A stretch of DNA of 64,000 bases, taken from positions 12,422,101-12,486,100 of the forward strand of contig NC_092677.1 in assembly GCF_964355755.1 (NCBI RefSeq). Reading direction: 5' to 3'. The DNA is from Antedon mediterranea (Eukaryota; Animalia; Echinodermata). A model generated the notes under the pieces. That model saw only the letters and a program-made list of their open reading frames with translations, ran no database searches and was not told where the DNA came from. Position numbers and translations under genes: made by a program. Below are positions 60,201-64,000 of this stretch, one piece after another. Within the stretch, counting starts at the first letter, position 1; each line of letters opens with the position of its first letter.

Positions 60201-63073
60201 AGCATATTAGATGAAGCGGCTACTTGTATTCATCAGTTATCAATTGGACATCGTAACAGAGTATTCAAAACTTGTGATAAAGATCTGTAACTTGCATAAG
60301 AATCTGATCCAGCATTAAAAGGAGAGCTTATTCCGTTTACTCAATCATTTTATTACGAGTCGACAATAAGGTGAGTTGTGGTCACTGGTCATCTATTAGT
60401 TTGGTTTTGTCCGGTTGTTATTTAGTTGTAGTTCAGGTCAGCGAGGATAGAGGACTAGGTCTTTATATTAGGATCACTTAGTTCATTTATGTTTCAATCT
60501 TAGGACAGATTGGTTCATGTATCTGAGCTACTTCATAGACTTGGATGTGGAGAGATTGTTTTTCCTCTGCTTGTCCAAAATTATATGACTTTGATTTTTA
60601 TTGAGGACTTGTATTTATTTCAATGGATGCTATAGTATGGCTTGTCTTATACAATACTTGGTTTATTGGAACATGGAGATATACAAGCTACCTCTATGCT
60701 TGGATCATAGCGTGGGACTCTGGATTTATTTGAGTCTTCTACTAAGAATAAATGGAGGAAGCCTACTAGAATAGTACCTACTGTACAGTATTACCTACTA
60801 CTCTAGTATTACTGCATTTGGAAGTTTACTAAACTATGCTATTATTTTAGTTTTGTGGAATACTTTAAGATTTAACTTATATGATGATTGATAAACCCAG
60901 AACACTTTTCTGAAACTATGACTTGTAGACCTACTACAGTTACAGACACAGCAATTCTTTGGGATTCATTTTATTGGATTTATATAGAAAATGTAGTACC
61001 TGTGATGGATTCGTTGCTTGGATTTTAGCTTTTGCTTGTAAAGCAAATTCTATTTTGATGCACATTTCTTTGATGACCTGTGATCAATCTCGCTATAAAA
61101 GGGATCGCCGCAATACATGTACCTTGCCGTTATTTTGATCACCTTAAAATCGTCAATATTCTATTGCATTTCCATTGGATATATTGTTCTTTGCTATACA
61201 GTAGTTTGTTTAGGTGGAATTCACAAGATTTTAATAGCAGGATAAAATGTTAATTGGAAGGGTACTACTGTACATTCACTCGAAGGTACTCTATCTGTTA
61301 TAGTATCTAGCTTGTTGAATTTTTCCAATTAAATTCCTATTTTTTTTTTTTTTTTTTTTGTATACCAATATTTACAATACAGTATTTTTTTTAAACAATT
61401 TTATCATATAAATTAATATAGTTTTATCCAAACAAAATAGTTCCAAAATGTAATTAATCAATTAATTCCCAATTAATCAGCAAATTTTGATGTTCTTTTG
61501 TTTAAAATCATTCACGGAAACCAGTGATCTTTAGCGAACCAAATCAAAGCCCAAATAAATCCTTAAACAATAACAAACAAAAGAAGCATTGACAGAATCC
61601 TAGCTTAACAAATACCTAATCACATGTGCAGATATGTATATAAATATAAAACAGAGGTTTCATTTCATTTATCAAATCAAAATGACCATCATACTGAGCA
61701 GACATAATTTTTTTAATGATTGGTAGAAACAAATAATACAAACTATTATATTGTGTATTTTGGAAATTATTTTTACCAATTTTTGTTACAATTTGTTATT
61801 ATTCATTATGAATTATTTTGTTATAACAATTTTTATTTTTAGCAGCGTTTACAACAGGAGTGTGTTTTATATTGCTTGCTAAGCGATCATGGGATATTAT
61901 AATTATCTAAGCTACCAAAAATAGTATTTAGAAAAATGTACAATATTGATATGTAAGTCTTGTGTTATTTTATTTCTAGCTTTGTGATTGGCTGAGCCAA
62001 GAAGGAGAACCTCGCTTAGATAAAATTGACGAATCACAGACAGACTCTCTTGCCAGTATCATATCGGTTCAAAAGGAATTTGAAAAGTTCTATTATGTTG
62101 CTATGGTAAGATTTCTATTTAAAACAATAAAAATAAAAATCCAATTGAGGGATTGTTTATTTTCATTTTTAAATTACAATTTATGATATGTTACTGTATA
62201 ATTTTCAAATATTTGGAATCTAATAAGGTTAATATAAGTTATGAAAGAACTCACAAAAATAGAATTATTAGGCATTTATTTACCCAAGAGGTGACAAATA
62301 AATAGTAAATTTTCTACCAAAGTAAAGAAAATAAAGAATTTCGAAACGACATCAAATGTAGATATAGGACTAAGGTTATTACAGTTTCACTCCCACTAAG
62401 TTTATTGGAATGTTGATAATTTACAAAAACTGTGTTAAAACTTTTTATGAGGAATAGTTTTGAAGGAATTGTACTAGGAAATTCTGACAATTTTAAGTTA
62501 TAACTGAGAGTTCTCGGCCGAGCTACTTTAGTTTTGTTCAAGATTTTGCCAAATGTGTTCTAAGAGGATTTTTTTGTTTGGAATTCGTATCACAATAAAG
62601 TTAGCACATTTTTTTGTTCGGAATTTGTATCACAATAAAGTTTGTGGTGCGTAAGTGTTCTAGGCTTGTTTTTTTTTCATGGCTACGTCTATTTCTAGAT
62701 TTTTAGGACAAAATATTGATTAAATGTGATTAATATCCTGATAGTCACAAGTGACACAAAAATATACAGGATGTGTGACATGTATATTTAGTTAACTAAA
62801 AATCTAAATACTGATTATATCATTTTCAACAAATATTTTCAAGGGTTTTTCTTTTAAAAATAATTTTTTTTTTTCCAGAAACGAGGCAGTAAAGGTGAAG
62901 AATTACTAGAAGAATCTGAATCCGTAATCACAATGAATCACGGTTCCGAGACAAACAATGTCCGCACTCTGGGCCGTGAATTACGGCAACAACTACGCTC
63001 GTTTATGACAAGATTGGAAGGAAAACGAGTAACTATAGATGATGCAGTAGAATTATACTCAATGTTAGATAAG
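8420..63073 (+). CDS. PLEKHG4B: PLEKHG4/PLEKHG4B/ARHGEF40 (puratrophin/quattro/Solo)-family putative RhoGEF gene, 13 coding exons, 3'-incomplete: join(8420..8455,12049..12246,30265..30892,35028..35090,37083..37253,39762..39885,47089..47188,48270..48380,49783..49899,50313..50563,56853..56991,61980..62105,62879..63073)
   Basis: All introns are GT-AG with intron phases 0,0,1,1,1,2,0,0,0,2,0,0, giving an open 2259-nt frame. Motifs LFPPF..AP.LL.QVF, EGWPLC, LRPGDFY, ARD..G, YLFSIPR, GLTVVVDARK and GTFNYNHEAWVKFR match recalled ARHGEF40/PLEKHG4B/KIAA1755 sequence. DH-PH is not in the window, so a KIAA1755-like GEF-less form is not excluded and the symbol is approximate. Confidence 0.85.
8991..9218. 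repeat. 29-bp minisatellite, about 7.8 near-identical copies
   Basis: Unit ccactgttggctatagtacagtagatctg with no spacers. Runs directly into a MITE terminus (tacagtagaacc). Confidence 0.95.
9212..9350. mobile_element. Tc1/mariner(pogo)-type MITE, CAGTAGAACC family
   Basis: ta|cagtagaacctatattaagggga ... tccccttaatagga. Relatives at about 3249, 18113, 24613 and 55730. Confidence 0.6.
10695..11121. repeat. Degenerate tandem repeat, period about 107 bp, 3-4 copies
   Basis: tttgcatagaagaccaggtcagcatgatcatagt.aagaaagct at 10861 and 10968, with diverged copies near 10700 and 11095. Confidence 0.8.
12049..12246 (+). CDS. PLEKHG4B: Exon: family N-terminal domain, part 1 (ESAQVDCSLQDILSDLFPPFQNVAPYLLAQVF...LRSLSR); missing from the ORF track
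   Basis: Acceptor ttttttcttgacag, donor CGG|gtaagt, 66 open codons. Resembles the ARHGEF40 N-terminus (..LYPPFEATAPTLLGQVF..DFLVPAK). Confidence 0.92.
12304..12810. repeat. 169-bp tandem repeat, 3 near-identical copies
   Basis: Units start at 12304, 12473 and 12642 (tatgttgatggtgagatggttcccactag...). Confidence 0.95.
13439..13597. mobile_element. PIF/Harbinger-type MITE (AGCTCTGTCTACAC family)
   Basis: tta|agctctgtctacactatcaaac ... gatagtgtagacatagct|tta. TTA TSD and internal 21-bp catatcactaccatatttggg repeats. Confidence 0.85.
13959..14086. mobile_element. PIF/Harbinger-type MITE, same family
   Basis: tta|agctctgtctacactatg ... gtgtaaacagagct|tta. Confidence 0.82.
14542..14719. mobile_element. 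PIF/Harbinger-type MITE, same family
   Basis: tta|agctctgtctatactatcaaac ... tgtagacagctggagct|tta, with three internal 21-bp units. Confidence 0.8.
16595..16900 (-). mobile_element. Degenerate 3' relic of a Penelope-like retroelement with a decayed hammerhead core
   Basis: Minus-strand peptide SSITYKTLRNSQFTFVVPF...IAYKKVTCLGEKF resembles the PLE post-RT linker (P.V.Y...AY.R..NL.D.L). It is followed by atgaagggc-tagtgtt-gcccgaaagctc. Confidence 0.5.
17181..17350 (-). mobile_element. Possible LINE (L2/CR1-type) 3' tail
   Basis: Minus strand ends aataaatgtttacg(ttgag)4, with a short hairpin upstream. No RT sequence recognised. Confidence 0.3.
18144..18284. mobile_element. hAT-type MITE nested in a CAGTAGAACC-family MITE (about 18113-18420)
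   Basis: Ends tagttgcgtaacg / cgttacaccactg, 8-bp flanks tttaggac / tttgggac. Shares internal sequence with 19978-20158. Confidence 0.7.
19978..20158. mobile_element. hAT-type MITE, second diverged copy
   Basis: Starts cagtggtgtag and shares cctgggt.ta.ccagtgagca.tcatagccgt with the 18.2-kb copy. Flanks tccctaac / tctctgac. Confidence 0.55.
20423..21508. mobile_element. Foldback/MULE-like non-autonomous element with long TIRs
   Basis: About 95-bp near-perfect TIR gggtgtcacgaaagctcagaccacgaaagctcagacc..., continued inward by diverged inverted arms. Flanks gaaaaaaaaac / gaaaaaaaac (9-10 bp TSD). Confidence 0.88.
22107..22223. mobile_element. PIF/Harbinger-type MITE, AGCTCTGTCTACAC family, opposite orientation
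   Basis: tta|agctctgtccacactatcaaactag. Interior is the reverse complement of the 13.4-kb copy; right end decayed. Confidence 0.7.
22586..23205. mobile_element. TTAA-specific non-autonomous transposon (Kolobok-like), copy 1
   Basis: ttaa|agaccccttccctgc ... gtagggaagggggct|ttaa. Nearly identical to 44085-44703. Confidence 0.88.
24635..24945. repeat. Minisatellite of 20- and 25-bp units, about 14 copies
   Basis: cacctattctgtggatggga and the variant cacctacagtattctgtggatggaa. Source of the repetitive ORFs at 24597-25002. Confidence 0.95.
25057..26904. mobile_element. hAT5-like non-autonomous element with perfect 5-bp TSD
   Basis: cccct|caggcccgtagcc ... ggctacgggcgtg|cccct. Confidence 0.85.
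25485..26574. mobile_element. Tc2/pogo-type non-autonomous element (CCGTA termini, TA TSD)
   Basis: ta|ccgaatatttcggtgtataagacgcac ... gtgcgacttgtacaccgaaatatacgg|ta, with repeated gtgcgtctta subterminal motifs. Confidence 0.85.
27705..27955 (+). mobile_element. tRNA-derived SINE
   Basis: A-box-like tgacttggtgg, B box ggttcaagtcc, poly(A) tail. Two further copies in the window. Confidence 0.88.
30265..30892 (+). CDS. PLEKHG4B: Exon: N-terminal domain part 2 (EGWPLC..LRPGDFY..FTMEW) plus basic Ser/Pro-rich linker
   Basis: Lies within ORF 30250..30900. Acceptor ttttgcttcag, donor G|gtaagt, phase 0 to 1. Confidence 0.93.
35028..35090 (+). CDS. PLEKHG4B: Small symmetric acidic exon (DTNSIPEDDESCSSIEDLHQA)
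   Basis: 63 nt, phase 1-1, acceptor ttcttacgcaag, donor CAG|gtaaca. GC-richer than its flanks and open in the required frame. No homology support. Confidence 0.6.
35199..35362. mobile_element. Old palindromic MITE (Harbinger-like ends)
   Basis: agccaattttccactaggcaaattt ... aaatttgcataatggaaaatcgtct, with inner inverted tcagctta..atgcatgcgta / tacgcatgcatataagctga. Confidence 0.5.
37083..37253 (+). CDS. PLEKHG4B: Exon: end of linker and start of Sec14/CRAL-TRIO-like region (ELRRSGRSKS...ELVHSGAFCLT)
   Basis: Acceptor ttttatccatag, donor A|gtatgt, phase 1-1. Lies inside ORF 36998..37303. Confidence 0.85.
37886..37988. mobile_element. Decayed Harbinger-type MITE (AGCTCTGTCTACAC family) abutting a SINE
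   Basis: agcgctgtcta(cagta)cactatcaaacta..gatgtgcccaaat. Confidence 0.55.
37987..38241 (-). mobile_element. tRNA-derived SINE, copy 2
   Basis: Reverse complement of 27705-27940; A box tggcttggtgg, B box ggttcaagtcc. Confidence 0.88.
39762..39885 (+). CDS. PLEKHG4B: Exon: Sec14-like (SARDIHGAAVIEV...LLTYLFSIPR)
   Basis: Acceptor ctattgtag, donor AG|gttggt, phase 1-2. Carries the RD..G and YL.SIP motifs typical of Trio/SESTD1/PLEKHG4 Sec14 domains. Confidence 0.92.
39943..40821. mobile_element. Non-autonomous DNA transposon (Harbinger-like) with ATACCGTAT subterminal arrays and a Myb/SANT-like relic
   Basis: ccccgtttctgctgcc / ggcagcagaaacaggg inverted ends, with two more internal copies of the motif and many ataccgtat/atacggtat units. 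Internal peptide WTEEITIFAIQLWGEAKVGGRLHGNRRDTEIYKSIS. Confidence 0.8.
40282..40460 (+). pseudogene. Myb/SANT-like (trihelix, Myb_DNA-bind_4 type) domain fragment, apparently frameshifted
   Basis: Fits the pattern WT.EE...LI.LWGE..V...L.G..R...IY..IS..L. The third helix seems to continue in another frame (LNNAKVIGKRRRL). Confidence 0.65.
44085..44703. mobile_element. TTAA-specific non-autonomous transposon (Kolobok-like), copy 2
   Basis: ttaa|agaccccttccctgc ... gtagggaatggggct|ttaa, same orientation as copy 1. Confidence 0.88.
45199..46688 (+). mobile_element. Helentron-associated non-autonomous element (HINE/DINE-1-like)
   Basis: 5' subTIR aggttatatgca with adjacent inverse tgcatataacct, (TTTA)n microsatellite, 3' subTIR tgcatataacct (46644), hairpin aattcgtca-tag-tgacgaatt, terminal ctagtt, no TSD. 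Confidence 0.85.
47089..47188 (+). CDS. PLEKHG4B: Exon: Sec14-like (EDVTKRGLTVVVDARK...NMFQ)
   Basis: Acceptor ttttcttttgtag, donor CAG|gtaatt, phase 2-0. GLTVVVDAR motif. Confidence 0.93.
48270..48380 (+). CDS. PLEKHG4B: Exon: Sec14-like (DSFPGTVFEVVLL...PPTFK)
   Basis: Acceptor ctttatttcag, donor AAG|gtttgt, 37 open codons, phase 0-0. Confidence 0.85.
49783..49899 (+). CDS. PLEKHG4B: Exon: end of Sec14-like domain (FHQVRSLEKLYQFVPAQNLTNQFNGTFNYNHEAWVKFRM)
   Basis: Acceptor tttgtccatag, donor ATG|gtcagt. Fits the L..LT..F.GT..Y.H..W..FR motif. Confidence 0.93.
49940..50088. mobile_element. Rearranged Harbinger-type MITE with two tandem right ends
   Basis: ctagtttgatagtgtaga(c/t)agagcttta occurs twice in direct orientation around 21-bp internal units. 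Confidence 0.75.
50313..50563 (+). CDS. PLEKHG4B: Exon: helical/spectrin-like segment (KLEPFMSGCR...LEEGDAILKAL...EDFR)
   Basis: ORF 50316..50567. Acceptor attctgccatag, donor CG|gtaaga, phase 0-2. Confidence 0.92.
55021..55170. repeat. 17-bp C-rich minisatellite, about 9 copies
   Basis: Unit ccccaggttacccccaa; the minus strand carries G4-G5 runs. Confidence 0.9.
55730..55903. mobile_element. Decayed CAGTAGAACC-family MITE
   Basis: ta|cagtaaaacctctataaagagaaca ... gtgtcccctgtttaggggtttcc. Confidence 0.5.
56853..56991 (+). CDS. PLEKHG4B: Exon: spectrin-like (DAIRCVSNLYNQV...LQLRIFEEEATK)
   Basis: Acceptor gtattttctag, donor AAG|gttggt, phase 2-0. LQLR.FE motif. Confidence 0.92.
58283..58522 (-). 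mobile_element. tRNA-derived SINE, copy 3
   Basis: Reverse complement of 27705-27940; B box ggttcaaatcc. Confidence 0.86.
61980..62105 (+). CDS. PLEKHG4B: Exon: spectrin repeat (LCDWLSQEGE...QKEFEKFYYVAM)
   Basis: Acceptor ttttatttctag, donor ATG|gtaaga. Conserved spectrin Trp, 42 open codons. Confidence 0.92.
62879..63073 (+). CDS. PLEKHG4B: Exon: spectrin repeat (KRGSKGEELL...ELYSMLDK); gene continues beyond the window
   Basis: Acceptor ttttttttccag, donor AAG|gtagga, 65 open codons. Confidence 0.92.
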
Positions 63074-64000
63074 GTAGGACAGGTTAATTTAAATATTTTT
63101 ATTTATTGCTTCTTGACATTTATGAATTTGGTGTAAAAGGATACAGGCTCCACTGTTAAAGAAATATAGACAAGTATGCAAGATAGGAAGAAATGAAGGT
63201 TCATCATTTTAGAGATATTTCATTGTTCTAAATTTATTTATTACATGGTTATGGTTGAGTTAAAGTAGAAATTGCTTTATGATCTTGATCTAAATTCAAA
63301 TTCAAATATTCTTTATTCATCCTCAATAGTGAAAATATACAACAACAATATATGAGAACATAAAAAGATGAAAAGGAAACACACTGAAACACTGCTTACT
63401 GCAGTTGTACTTGTAATGTAATAGATTAATGTTGGTTGGAAAGCATGAAGTGAGACGAACTTCAGCCTATCAAAATAACCTAATTAATACTAAAATTCTC
63501 CAGTAATTAGTGAATTATTTCATTTTTGTGAACAATTTTCTATGAAAGAGCATTGTCATAGAACACAGTGTGGGTTCTTATTATAGTGAAAATCCACCAA
63601 ACAATGTTTGTTAATCTGTTTACCTTGGACATGAACAAAACTTCACTTTATATATTTTCTGTCTTTGGGCAAATCTGGATTAAATGATTTAGTTACACAC
63701 TTCATGTTTTGTTTTACTGACTATAGTTTTGCTGAAACACTGTTTGTTTAGTAAAATGGAAGGATTTGTTTGTTAAATTCAAGTTTAAAACTAGGTATAA
63801 AATAAGATACCTCCAAGGTTGAACTATTGCACTTCGTAAGTCCATAGTCAGGATGTATATACAGAGGTTTATCTAGAAAAGGGAAAAAATCATCATGATC
63901 AGGTAGGCTAGTTAGGCTGGGTGCCCTTCCAAATTCTACCCAGCGAAACTGTTCAGTAGCCTACACGATTGTATGTTATTTTCATATACAAAAGTAAACA

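Noticed and set aside
62885-62908. GSKGEELL resembling the GFP N-terminus (vector contamination)
   Set aside because: A short chance match inside a normal spliced spectrin-repeat exon.

Overview
This is AT-rich animal (probably invertebrate) genomic DNA, not prokaryotic. Most of the window is the 5' part of one + strand, intron-rich gene of the PLEKHG4/PLEKHG4B (puratrophin/quattro)-ARHGEF40 (Solo)-KIAA1755 family. I read 13 GT-AG exons (8420-63073) with consistent splice phases, giving 753 codons: the family N-terminal domain, a basic Ser/Pro-rich linker with SxIP motifs, a Sec14/CRAL-TRIO-like domain and spectrin-like repeats. The expected DH-PH module would lie beyond the right edge. The introns hold non-autonomous transposons with readable TIRs and TSDs (Tc1/mariner- and pogo-type, Harbinger, hAT, Kolobok-like, MULE-like foldback, Helentron-type HINE), tRNA-derived SINEs, a Penelope-like relic with a decayed hammerhead, and several minisatellites. 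Most short ORFs in the supplied track are noise. I cannot support a wholly new biological system here. The best leads are the SxIP cluster in a putative RhoGEF, a window-wide excess of TA-CAG-TA excision-type footprints, a triple-nested transposon, and a Myb/SANT-carrying element. Homology and superfamily calls come from recalled motifs and end structures; no searches were run.
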